Assembly: GCA_034226945.1 (NCBI GenBank)
Contig: CP120458.1
Location: forward strand, 558,001 to 622,000
Origin: Picochlorum sp. SENEW3
Taxonomy: Eukaryota
DNA length: 64,000 nucleotides
Reading direction: 5' to 3'
Under the pieces are notes generated by a model, which was given only the letters and a program-made list of their open reading frames with translations, was not told where the DNA came from and ran no database searches. Made by a program: the position numbers and the translations under genes. Positions 35,394 to 46,681 of the stretch are shown here, piece by piece (within the stretch, counting starts at the first letter, position 1; the number at the start of each line of letters is the position of its first letter).

Positions 35394-38300
35394 ATGAATC
35401 GTGATACGGAGCAAAGTACCTCCCAGGGAGGGAGAAGGTCAAAGAGGAGGAGAACTGGAACAAAAAAGGTAGCAAAACTGTGGACCGACTTTCATCAGTC
35501 TTGCATTCATCTGGAGCGTGAATGTCGACCATCCATGATTCGATTCGATCGAGAATCTAGGCAGGTGTTGTGCCGAGTGCAGTGCCCGTATGGGAAGTCT
35601 TGTGGCTATCATGGGAAGCCTCACATCTATGAGAGGATGTGCCTCAATCAGCCGGGAGACCTAGATCGACGGAAATTGCTCCAGCACATACGAAATAAGC
35701 ATCCAGAGATTGCCTTGAAGTTCGATGTGGCGGTGACGGATGAGTGCCACCCAAGGAGTCTTGAAGATGGTGCTGCCACAATCCAACTCGATCGACAAGT
35801 GTCCACTACTCTCCTCCCTTATGACCGAGACGAAACTCTACCAATTCGCTCCTGTGAAGATTTTGATGAAGCAGTGGAATCATCCGATGAGGGCAGCGTG
35901 TGCACCGAGGTGAGGAGACACATGTCATGCTTCCTGATTCTGGTTCTTGTTGTTCTGAAGAGTGAAAGCTATCTTCCTGCAGGACCTTGAAGACAGCGAC
36001 GCTTCGAGTGATGAGCATGAGCCAAATGGCGAGAATGGACCTAGTGAACGCTTTCGGTGCACTCAGGGGTCGCATTTCCAAACCTTTCTAATGGCAGTGT
36101 TGGGGAAGGAACGTAGCGAGGGGCTGGATCAGCCACAAGAGGATGAAGACGAGGAAGATGAGGCACCCTGCACTTTGCTTCAGCTCACATCTGCGCTCCT
36201 CGAAATAGAGTTAAAGCATGCTGTATCAAAAGAGCTCATGCAGGATATCTTGAGCGTAGTTCGGATGGGGAGGAGCAACCATGACAGGATGATCATTCCA
36301 CCATCCATCCACCTTCTGAGGAAGGCCATGGATGTTCCAGACCTTCAGACTGTCGAATTCCATAAGTGTCCCTGCGGATACATCTACGACAACGTCGTCC
36401 CGTTCAAAGATAGGGACATGCGTGAAGAATGTGGAGCAGGGTGTGGTAGGAAGAGGTTCACGGCAGATAGGGGTGGGAGCCCAAGACCCATGCAGCACTT
36501 TTATTACTTTGGGGTGCAAGACTGTATGCAGAGTCTGTTCGCTTCGCGCAAATTTCGAGAATCAAGAAACAAAAGCATCGAAAGCGGTCGCGCAGGAAAC
36601 ACGGTGTACACATCCGAGTGGTTCAAATGGATCAAGGAGAGGGAAAGCACAGCAGGCGACGACACGACTAGTATCTGGTCGATTGGCGTGGATGGATCCC
36701 AGCCTTTTGGAAGGAAAGCACATTCTTGTACTCTGATTGTATTAAAGTGTGAAGATATGGACCCTGAAGGCCGATATCTCAGCTGCAACACCAGATTATT
36801 GGGAATTATCCCAGGCCCAAAAGAACCCAGAAACCTCAACCCCTTCTTATGTTTTATTGGTGAAGAGTTTGAGCGCCTCCGCTCATCTCCCATGGAATAT
36901 CAATATGATGAAGTGGACGAAGATGGGCATGTGGTGAGACATTCTGGAGTTCATCGACCCATACTGGGATTCATTCATGCAGATGCCAAGGCCAGAGAAA
37001 AAATCCACATGTGTGCTCCCGGGAACGCCATCAAAGGGTGCTACTTTTGCTGGCAGCGGGCCTCAGAAGCCATAACTAGCAGAAACGGCAAATCATACAA
37101 GAGAAGGCTACTCACAGGCTACGAGGAGGAGGATCCTGTCACACATATCAATGGAATCACCAACGAAGAGTTCCAGTTGTCCCGCTGTGATGATGATGCA
37201 ATTCAGCAGCAGTCCGTGATTGGACACGCTGACCTGGAAAATATATTAAATATTATGAAAACTGTGATGCCCCATGGCATATATGACGGATCGAGCACGC
37301 AAGAATGGCAGGATCGGCTTGGGATTCATGACTATGCAAAAGTGTTTCATGCCGTGCCTACTTTGCACGTCAAGCACGGGATACCAGCTCCTCTATACCA
37401 TCTGATTCTCTTAGGCATAACAAAAAACTTTATAAAATACTTGTGGGATGGCCACGGCAACAAGAAAACCAGTGATCCCGACAGCAGGAGTATGAGAGTC
37501 TACAGCAAGAAGACCGTCAAGAAATTGGAGAGAGGAATTACTCTGAACAACTCGTTCAATCGTCCATACTCGCCATTAGAGCACTGCTACTCTTGGATTT
37601 GCGAGGAAGTCAAAGTTTTTGTAGAAGTACATTCATGTGCCCTCTTCAACGAGGAGGTGACCGGTGTTTCTGTGCTCACACCCAAGGCCATGGAAGCTTG
37701 GGCACATTTGAGGCAGTTTGTCATGCATCACCTGAGCCACGCTGAAGCCGCCCGGCTCGAGCCATCTCAAGCCCTCTGGCATCTACACCAGTTCTCAAGG
37801 ATATGTCAGGAAGAGAAGGCATACGAATTGCTGACGCCCAACCTCCATACAGCCAACTGCCTCCTGCATCACCAGGAGGCCTTCGTGGGCCCACTGCACC
37901 AGTTGTCAGAGCTGTGGGTTGAACGGGCTATGCGGGCCGTCTCCTCGACGAGTTGTATTAATACGCCTGAGGCAACATTAGCAAAACGGTATCTTATCAG
38001 ATCGGCATTGGAGAAAGCCAAGCACAAGCTTGGGTCAGCCGACCAGAGTGCCATCCCAGTGTATGCCCCGAAGCAACACCGAAAGGCTGCGGGCACCATG
38101 TACGACGCCCATACAAGCACCACGTATGCTCTTCAAGGGAAAGGAGTAGAGAGAAGTACGACGAAATGCATCGAGGCTCGAGATGCTGCGAAGCAGCAGA
38201 GGGGTAAGCTGAGGGAGTCCATTGAGAAGAAGAAGTTGAACCTCATCAGGGAGTTTCACACAAAGCACCAGGACGAGAGACCGAGGGAGCCGCAGAGAGA

Positions 38301-38820
38301 TATCAAATTGTACAGTCATTTTTCTTGCAACGTCTTGGTAGATGGCAAAGGCTGTTGTGTGAAAACATTCTATGACAGGCGTGATACAAAGAGGCGGTCA
38401 CACTTTGTCTTGCTGAGGGACAAGGATTCTGAGGCTCACCATGTTGGGGTGGTGTATGAATTTGTCCGCGTATTCAGTCCCCGGAATCCAGATGAAGTGG
38501 AACGATACGCGATTTGCGGGATATATGAGACAGAAAAAATGGATTACCATGGAACCACTGTGTACATGGTGATCACCTTCATGAAGGAGTTCACAGGAGA
38601 GAGGCTGTGGAGGCATGACGAACGTGTGTTCAGCGTGCCGATCGACGATATCGTCTGCCAAGTTTCTAGTTTTCAAATGTCAAAAGATGGTTGGGAGGGA
38701 GAATGGCCCCACTACAAGCTTGTGGAGGACGGCCACAAGAAAGAAATGGACAAAATGCTTGCCTTCTTCCCAACCCGAGGTTCCACCTTCGCAGCAGCAG
38801 ACAGTGTCGATATCGAATGA
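35394..38820 (+). CDS. CACTA/EnSpm-type transposase, apparently intact (intron 35910-35982; ~1117 aa)
   Basis: N-terminal C2H2/BED-like finger; motifs WSIGVDGSQPF, GIIPGPKEP, GFIHADAKA..CYFC, LYHLILLG, PNLH..GPLHQLSELWVER. A phase-0 intron joins the two ORFs. Confidence 0.85.
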
Positions 38821-39717
38821 CAATAAACGGATAAAGTATAAATAATTTCCAAGTAATAGCAGTGAATCGAGGCTATTGTGGAAGATCTGGGTCCCTTGTG
38901 ATCGACACCAGAAGTTCCTTAATTAGTACCATGGGCGGTCGACCTGACTCGAGTCAGTGAGGAGCTCCTCAAAATTTTCACACAAGCCAATTTAATCAGA
39001 GGCCCATAACTTTTCGAATATCGCGCCAAATTTCCTCATTTTTGTTTCAATAGACATATTTTCTTACCCTCTTTTCGATGGTGTCGTCGAAATAATAAAA
39101 TACGCCCCTCAGAAAAATTTGGGATTTAAGGAGGCCACCATCCTTTCTGTAAGTGCTACGTGTTTCGTAGGTGCCATGTGCTGCGGCATTCCCGCTTATA
39201 AGCGGGATCACCGCCGTATTTGAGGGTGGCGCCCAATGGCCAAAACCCCAAAACTCGGCGGCGTTCCCGCTTATAAGACGGATCACCGCCGTGTTTCCAA
39301 ACCCCATTCTGGAAATATGGCGGCGTTCCCGCTTAGACAATCACCAACCGTCATCAAGCCCGTTGGCCATCCACAAGCACCATAACCTTTATATCATGTG
39401 TACCAAGTCAATACACTATATATAAGAAAATATAAAATTGCAATCCAAGCGTCCAAATTTGCTCGACGCACGTTCTGGACTGCTCCATCCGAGCCCAACC
39501 GTCAAAGTCAGAAGAAGCGCTGAGATGCCGTGTTTGCCTTCCAACACTATATCAGGGATATATTATAAATATATGTGCAACAAGTAACCTATTGCTGCGC
39601 TGTTTGCAGCGCAATGCTCTCGTTGTCAGGGTCGCACTTCCAGGTGAGTCGGTTGGCTGTTAGTTCTGTGTGCGATCTGGATCAGTAGACGTTTTTACAT
39701 TCTTCGTTGTAGAGTTA

Positions 39718-42381
39718 TTATTCTTCAATCACCATGTCCTCGTATTGCGCCACAGAAGTGCTGGGGTTGGGGTTCCTGTGCCAGCTTGGTTGAGGAGGGA
39801 TGTAGGCCATATTGGCATTGAATGCAGGGGCTGGATTGGTATTCTGGTTCCGACACTCGTTGATGCCAATCTCCTGCAATTGTCGGATGCCCTGCATGAA
39901 TGTCTGATGGAGCTCCATGAACCGGCCATCAAGATGTCGGGGCAATTCGTCGAGGATCGAGGTTGCAACTCTCTGGTCGTTGTTGAACTGTATTTTGGTC
40001 AGCATCCTAGGGTCCGTGATTTGCCGTCTTCCAAGCGTCAGGATGTCGCAGCTTGAGCCATGGCTTGGTGCGGGAAAGGCCTGAACTAAGGCTCGTTCCC
40101 ACTCCGCGTTGACATGAGTGTCGTTCCTGATCTGGACAGATTTCTGGAGTTTCTCCGCAGGATCCATATCGTCTTCATCCGTAGCGCCTAACGCTATGAC
40201 ATGTGGACATGTGCCGAAGAAGGAAAAGCAATGACACGTGCACGTTTTGTAGTACATGTTGACAAAGTACTTTCTGCGTGGTTTTGGTCCCAGGTGGTAA
40301 AAGCACACCGGCAAGCATTGATACACCGTGTTGTCCTCATCAATGTCGACATCGGACAATTCCACATGATGGTCTTCTGCACCATGAAACGGAGCTGGTG
40401 TCGCCATCTTCTGGACATACTCGTGTTGGCGGCTTTTCACGACAGACGCCACCTTTCTCACCATCTCGTAGGTGATGGGGTACTTTTTCATGGCAGCTTC
40501 GACATGCATACAAATGTCGTCGTCGTTGTCATCACAAGTGCAGCTGAGGTCTCCGGTACAGCAGTAGAACATCTGATTATCCACATTGAATTTGATGAGG
40601 CACGAGTCGCTGAGGGACCCTTGGCCAGTGGCACAATAGGGCTGCATGGTTCTGCCACACGTGTCCACACCTGTCAAATGCTTGTGTTGGTTCACTCGCG
40701 CATTGGCCTTTTCGGCCCCTTGTAATCGCTTCTGCAGTCGATCAAGGTATCGTGGTGTTACTTCGTCGAGGAATTTTAGGATGAGGCTGTCTCTGCGACC
40801 CAGTCTCTCCCTGTCAAGGAACTCTTCTTGGACAGTCCTGAAGAGCCGCTCAATCAGATTGTTGGTGTTTGATTTCAAGAAGGCAATGTGTTTCCTTCCA
40901 TATTGAGACCACCGATCGCTGATTGTCATCCAATTTTTGATGAAATATTCCTTCATCTCGGCCAGATTTCATTCTCCAGGAAGGTCATGAATTCATACGC
41001 CACAGAATCAAAGGCACCCTCGTCCTTGACGAGCCTGAGCTTGTTGACATATCTGAAGATTGTGTTTCGGTTGGATTTGTCGCGATCACTGCGTCCAGAC
41101 ACGCCACTGCCGTGGCTTTTCATTTTGCGCCCGATGCTCTGCATGAAATGGAAAGCACACAGGACCCAGAAGCAGTTGAGCTGGTCCAAAGCAGAGATGC
41201 AGCATGTGGATTTGTCAATCATGAAGGTGATGTCATCGATCTGTACATCACATGCATCTACAACGGCTCTGATGAATTTTTTCCATTTGGTGGAATCCTC
41301 GCCCCCGAGCATATGCAGTAGGCCACTGGGAAGCCCATGCCATATGGATCTCGCAGCAGGAGAGCCAATGTCACATCACCTTTTCGATTCAGGCAATGCA
41401 CAGCATCAGCGAACACCATTGTATGGCAGGTTTTCATCACCTTTCTTTGCTCTGGGCTGCAAATGGCGATCTGCACATCGTCGCCTCGCTCAAAGTATAG
41501 AAAGTGTTCGCGGTGTTGATTGTACAGAGCCTCGCAAGCATCCAGGTCGTTCCCGGAGGCCTGTCGCTTGTTGTATGCTTTTTTGACTCTAATTGCCATC
41601 GTCTTATTCAAGAGATGTCGTTCCTCAACCGTGAGATCATGCCGAGTGGCACCTGTCTGATACTTGATAACGTTGACAGCCTTTGCAGGTTTGAATCCAA
41701 GGTCGTACAGGTCATCCAATGCCCTCTTCAGTCGAGGTGTCTCAGGCTCGTGATAATCTCCAGAACCCGGTTCGTGATTTGTGTGGGTCTGAAGTGCCTC
41801 AGCGTAGATGGCATCCTCGTATCGAAACTTTGTGAGGCGGGTTCTGTATTCACAGTTGACTTTCTTTCCTTGCTTGCTTGTTGCCGGCACTGCTTTCTGC
41901 TGTCCCCTTGAGCAAGTCAGTACAGCAATGGTCTCCGTCGGCTTTTGCAATGCCACATATGTTTCGGAGCGTTCATTGGCTCGACGCTCGCAGGTCTTGC
42001 CAAAGAACGGGTCGGAATGGACACAAGAAGCCAACCATGCCACATAGTCCTGATGCCCCGCTTCCTTCCTCTTCTGCTCCAAGATGTCAAGGGTATCGTC
42101 ACCTGGCACCAAACTCTCGTTACCTGGATGACGAAAGTGGTGATGATAGATCAGCAAGGGCATCGAATTGAAGTTGTTCGTGAGATCGTACCTTTGCTAC
42201 ATTTGTGAACCAGTCTGCTCTTCTGCGCTGTCTCAAACAGCTTTTTGATCTCGCAAAAGGTCAGATTTTCGAATTTGTAAATGATCCTGCGCGGAATGTT
42301 CGCATTATCATAATCTGAAGATTGATGAGATACATACTGTTCGTTGTCGAGCAACAAAAATCTCGTATACTTTAATTTCAC
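39718..42381 (-). pseudogene. MULE DDE transposase with two SWIM fingers, split by three frameshifts
   Basis: VFADAVH..GMGFPVAYC, FMIDK..LCAFH, NTNNLIER, CTC..CMH and CTC..CPH, spread over ORFs 42151-42381, 41258-42163, 40953-41312 and 39718-40956. Confidence 0.85.
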
Positions 42382-42396
42382 GTCAATCTGTGTTGT

Positions 42397-43641
42397 CTAT
42401 ATGCTGGGATATTCTTCTTGCACAGCCACGGTGCACATCAAGGAGGTTCTCGGACCATCCTCGATGACAGCATTCACGACACCACAAGACCCGTCTGGAA
42501 TCAACGTTTTGTTGAAATTACCAGCACCGTACACCACCACTCGCTGCCCCATTTTTGTTGGATGAATAGGAAAACGCACTGGCGGGGATGCAAAAGCTCC
42601 CAGCATTTCGGATGTGGGGTAATATTTCAATCTGTGCCCAGGCTTCAGCTTTCCTTCTTTCAAAATATCTTTATCGCATGATATCCCGAATTCTCTGTGG
42701 ACATCTCCCGTCTCTGCGTCGATATGTTCCCGTTCTTGTAGAATCATACCCCAAACACCATCTTTCCTCCTAATGACACTTTGCCCACATTCATACGAAA
42801 GACGACCCTCACGCATCGGTCTTCTCTGCCAGGGATACTCGTTCAAATTGTCAGGATTTAAATATTCTATTTCAATACTGCATCGATCACTCGGAATCGT
42901 ATGCTGCATATAATGGTCTGAAAGAACTTGGATGCCAGTGTGATTCAAAACCTGCTCTTCTTCTTTGCTCAAAGAAACAAGGAAGAACTCACAGACAGGT
43001 ACGCCTCGATCAAGTGTATTCATGTCAGGGTCTTTGAGGACGAAAATACACATCCCAACAAGGTCTGCAACGTCATCGTCAAACAACAAGCTCGGCATAT
43101 CTTGCTTCATCACTAACAGGTGGAATTGCATCAAGTCCTTGGCATACTTGGGCACTGACTTCGGCATGGTTGCGGGCTCATCAACCTCGTATATATTCAA
43201 TATACAAGGAAACGAAATCACACTGGAAGGCAGCGATAAAGCAGATGGGCACGCGACAATATATGGCCTGGTACGCAGCGGCCAGAACCCGTTATTGAAG
43301 ACCAGATATTCGCGCAGGTCTTCGTCGCGCGGTATGTCTTCGCCGCCAAACGCATAACATATTCTTTTCAAGTAGATGATATTGGCATCGTTAAAGGTCT
43401 GAATTGGAAGACGCAGTCGTCCCTGTCTCCTCAAGGACGTGTAATATCGCTCCCCAGATATCTCATACAGCTTCCCTGCCTCAACCCGTGCTCCGAGAGC
43501 CTGATCGAAGGCATCAGTCCCGCGGCGCAGGTCCCAAAAGTCCTTTTCACATTTCTGTGGATCAAAGGGTATGATATCTAGACCTTGAAGCACTCTGCCC
43601 TGCTCCTGAGTCCACAGTGGTGGAGAGTCCTGGTCGCCCAT
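42397..43641 (-). CDS. hypothetical 414-aa protein inside the MULE
   Basis: Intact ATG-started ORF between the right TIR and the transposase; no domain recognised. Confidence 0.65.
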   Translation of the reverse strand: MGDQDSPPLWTQEQGRVLQGLDIIPFDPQKCEKDFWDLRRGTDAFDQALGARVEAGKLYEISGERYYTSLRRQGRLRLPIQTFNDANIIYLKRICYAFGGEDIPRDEDLREYLVFNNGFWPLRTRPYIVACPSALSLPSSVISFPCILNIYEVDEPATMPKSVPKYAKDLMQFHLLVMKQDMPSLLFDDDVADLVGMCIFVLKDPDMNTLDRGVPVCEFFLVSLSKEEEQVLNHTGIQVLSDHYMQHTIPSDRCSIEIEYLNPDNLNEYPWQRRPMREGRLSYECGQSVIRRKDGVWGMILQEREHIDAETGDVHREFGISCDKDILKEGKLKPGHRLKYYPTSEMLGAFASPPVRFPIHPTKMGQRVVVYGAGNFNKTLIPDGSCGVVNAVIEDGPRTSLMCTVAVQEEYPSI

Positions 43642-43972
43642 GAGTCCCGTGAAGCGTTGCCACGGTACCAGTGCGACTCTGGCGATTGATTGCCTTTATA
43701 TAGCCCTTACAATTAAACAATATCTATTGCTTACTATCCATCATATGAATTTGAAAGCATAAACTCTCCGACGCTCACCCAAAATTCAAATTAGTCTAAG
43801 CGGGAACGCCGCCATATTTCCAGAATGGGGTTTGAAAACACGGCGGTGATCCGTCTTATAAGCGGGAACGCCGCCGAGTTTTGGGGTTTTGGCCATTGGG
43901 CGCCACCCTCAAATACGGCGGTGATCCCGCTTATAAGCGGGAATGCCGCAGGAAGTGGTACTTTGGTACTTG

Positions 43973-44047
43973 TTTAGGGATTTCCTCCTGTGGGGCTTGT
44001 ATGATTTGGAAGATATTCGTCCTATTTTTCGACTGTGTAATAATCCC
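43973..44047 (+). repeat. short dispersed repeat; uninterrupted homologue of 60498-60630
   Basis: TTTAGGGATTTCCTCCTG...TTTTCGACTGTGTAATAATCCC occurs at both loci; the second locus carries a 52-bp insertion. Confidence 0.8.
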
Positions 44048-44119
44048 CTGTAAAACAAAATGAAAGCAATTCATACACACATAGTGTTTGAATTTGGGTG
44101 TACATGATATTGAGCGGAG

Positions 44120-44331
44120 GAGGTATGGAAGAGGTCTTGTTTAAGACCCCGAGCTCAATCAGCGGTCGCTTAAAATACCCGACCGGCCAAACAAGGTCCA
44201 AAATCTACATGTTTTCTAACCCTAATACCCTAATCCCCTTGCCCCCTACCCAACCCTACCCGGTCCCTGGACCATTTGATGGGAAACCACTAAATTTCAG
44301 GGGGTCTTAAATAAGGCCTCTTCTCTGTATG
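44120..44331 (-). mobile_element. 212-bp CATACAGAGAAG-family element (copy B)
   Basis: 8-bp TSD GAGCGGAG at 44112-44119 and 44332-44339. Confidence 0.92.
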
Positions 44332-44391
44332 GAGCGGAGTGGATAAGCCAAGGGTTAGTGCGCTGGTCCCATACAGAGAAGAACCTCGCTG

Positions 44392-46285
44392 GTGGGCCTC
44401 ACTTTCTTCCTCACGGCTATATTTCCAACGATTACGCGGCCCGTGGTTTTCAAAGAAACGCAACAATCATTGATTGTACCCATCAAAGAATGTTATGAAC
44501 ATGATGGCCCATCATATGCTTCTAAAAGCCTGATGAGATTAGCTGACTCTCTCTTTCCCGAAAACAAGAGGAATGCCTTTGAAGAGCATCGAGCGTATTT
44601 TTTATATATTCTGTCTACCTCGAAAAAGTGCAATGAAGTGCAGTGGAGAGGTGTTTCGCAGCAATATATCCACAGAGTCGAGGGAAATCGTCTTTATCCA
44701 TTTGAAATGGTAATGGGATATGGAAGTACCGTTGTGAGAGAACATTCTCCACCACGCGTAAGCTGTGTGAATATACCTGAGCTGAAAGGAGTTGTAAGTT
44801 TTTCTAATGTTATGACATCCATACAAAAAAATAGCCTTAGGCTGCATTTGTTTTCAAATCGAGGATTTCGTGCTTTTGATTATGATAGATCTGGTTTTAA
44901 ATATAGGGGGGAAGGGTATTACGGTCGTGCAGGAATTAAATGGGATGCCCGGAGGCTTCTTTATTCTTTGAATGATGACGTGATGCTGAGAAACCTTGTT
45001 TTGAGTGGAAGCCCCTATCGACCTTTCCTAGATATACATCATGGTAATGAAACAATCCAAATGGGCTTGTCAGAATGGAAGAGGGCTGGGGGCGAAAATC
45101 TAGGATCAGTATTTTATGAGGGCGAAGATATCGTCGCATTTATTCGATTTAATGTACCATATAATCCATTGTCATGGAACGGGCATGGGTATAGAAGTCT
45201 AGGAATTTATCATCTCGAGGTCCTGAATAATACCGTATCTGCAATACCTGTCCGGTGGGTCGCAAGAGATGATTGTGTTTCTGATTGCATCAAACTAAAT
45301 GAAATCTACGGCTGCCTGTCAACTGATCTTCAAAATTGGAATGGTTCTTTCACTCCAGGCCTTCAAAATATCGAAATTCCATCTAGGATCGAATCTGCAA
45401 AAGTTTTTGACTTCATGACAAACCCCACCAACAATGCATGCATCAGGTCAATTAATCTTGGAATAAAATGTGCACATAGATGTCGAATGGGGAATCAAGT
45501 TTATCAGGCTAACGTGTCGAGACTGAGATCGGTCATGTTTGCAGTAGTACCACTGCGAAACAATGTGTTCTATGGGTGTATTTACCTGAATAAAACGATG
45601 GATGGTGATTGTTTCTCTACACCCCTCGTAGAAGAAGTTGGGAGGAAGGGACACCCTATGTCCTCTCCGATCATAGACTTCGAGAATCACTATCACTTAT
45701 TTGTTGTGAACAAGAATAGTTCCTGTCCATTGGAGCATGTGAGATGGGAGAGTGAGACATTTAGCCGCTTTGAAACAAAAGAGAGGGAATCTCAAGGCAC
45801 CCTGGTGTTAGAGAAAGTTCGCTTTCCATTTTTGACTCACTTGAGCATAGGTTTCACCGAGGTATGGAAGAGGTCTTGTTTAAGACCCCGAGCTCAATCA
45901 GCGGTCGCTTAAAATACCCGACCGGCCAAACATGGTCCAAAATCTTCATGTTTTCTAACCCTAATACCCTAATCCCCTTGCCCCCTACCCGACCCTACCC
46001 GGTCCCCCGACCATTTGATGGGAAACCACTGAATTTCAGGGGGTCTTAAACAAGGCCTCTTCTCTGTATGGTTTCACCACAAACCTGCTGCACATGGTCG
46101 TGTGTCCTAATGTATCAGTCACCCTGTTAGTGTCTGGATCTACTATCATGGCTGATTTGAAATGTCAGCGGGAGAATGTAAATGCATTGCGAGTAAATGC
46201 ATCCTTTGGGGAACCACGGGAAGACTTTCATGGTAAATTAATTATACGCTTCCCCTCTGCTGCACAGTTAACATATATAGAGTAG
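44392..46285 (+). pseudogene. intronless ORFan interrupted by a 212-bp element
   Basis: Removing 45859-46078 fuses ...LSIGFT in frame to TNLLHMVVCP...LTYIE* (ORF 46094-46285). Start codon uncertain. Confidence 0.7.
45859..46070 (-). mobile_element. 212-bp CATACAGAGAAG-family element (copy C)
   Basis: 8-bp TSD GTTTCACC at 45851-45858 and 46071-46078. Confidence 0.92.
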
Positions 46286-46681
46286 CATAACCTCAACCAG
46301 TATTGAGGGTGCGGGGTATTTTTAGAGCAACCAAGTGTTGTTCACGATGTTGCTTCCGTAACTGGTGAAGCAGTCTTTTTAACTGAAGTCCTTTCTTGTA
46401 TTATGAGAGCAAGACAACAATAACTGGGGAAATCTTCATGTCATACAATCGTCGGGTGAGCCGACCAGGGAGACGTCTGTAGATGCCGAGGAAGTGGCTA
46501 TCTTGAAACTCTGCGCAAGAAGTTGAACCAGCCAGGATGGGATTTTGGCATACAGGTGCGCAGGGAAGAGAATACGAGGAAGAAAGAATCGACCCAGAGC
46601 AAAGCAGCAAAGAGTAACAAAACTGAGGTCAGGGAAGGGGCCAGGATGATACGCAGATCTGCGTATCATTGCGCAATGGGG

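Larger units (their letters stand above)
39181..43951 (-). mobile_element. Mutator-like element (MULE) with 158-bp TIRs (39181-39338, 43794-43951)
   Basis: TIRs differ by one mismatch on my reading and enclose a MULE transposase and a second ORF. No TSD visible. Confidence 0.88.

Noticed and set aside
33438..44086. CACTATGT...ACATAGTG as CACTA TIRs
   Set aside because: Only an 8-bp match and no matching 2-3 bp TSD (CAT vs TTT).
44120..46070. Integron-like cassette: gene flanked by attC-like direct repeats, with a nearby YR
   Set aside because: Each repeat has its own distinct 8-bp TSD, and one interrupts the gene, so they are independent insertions.
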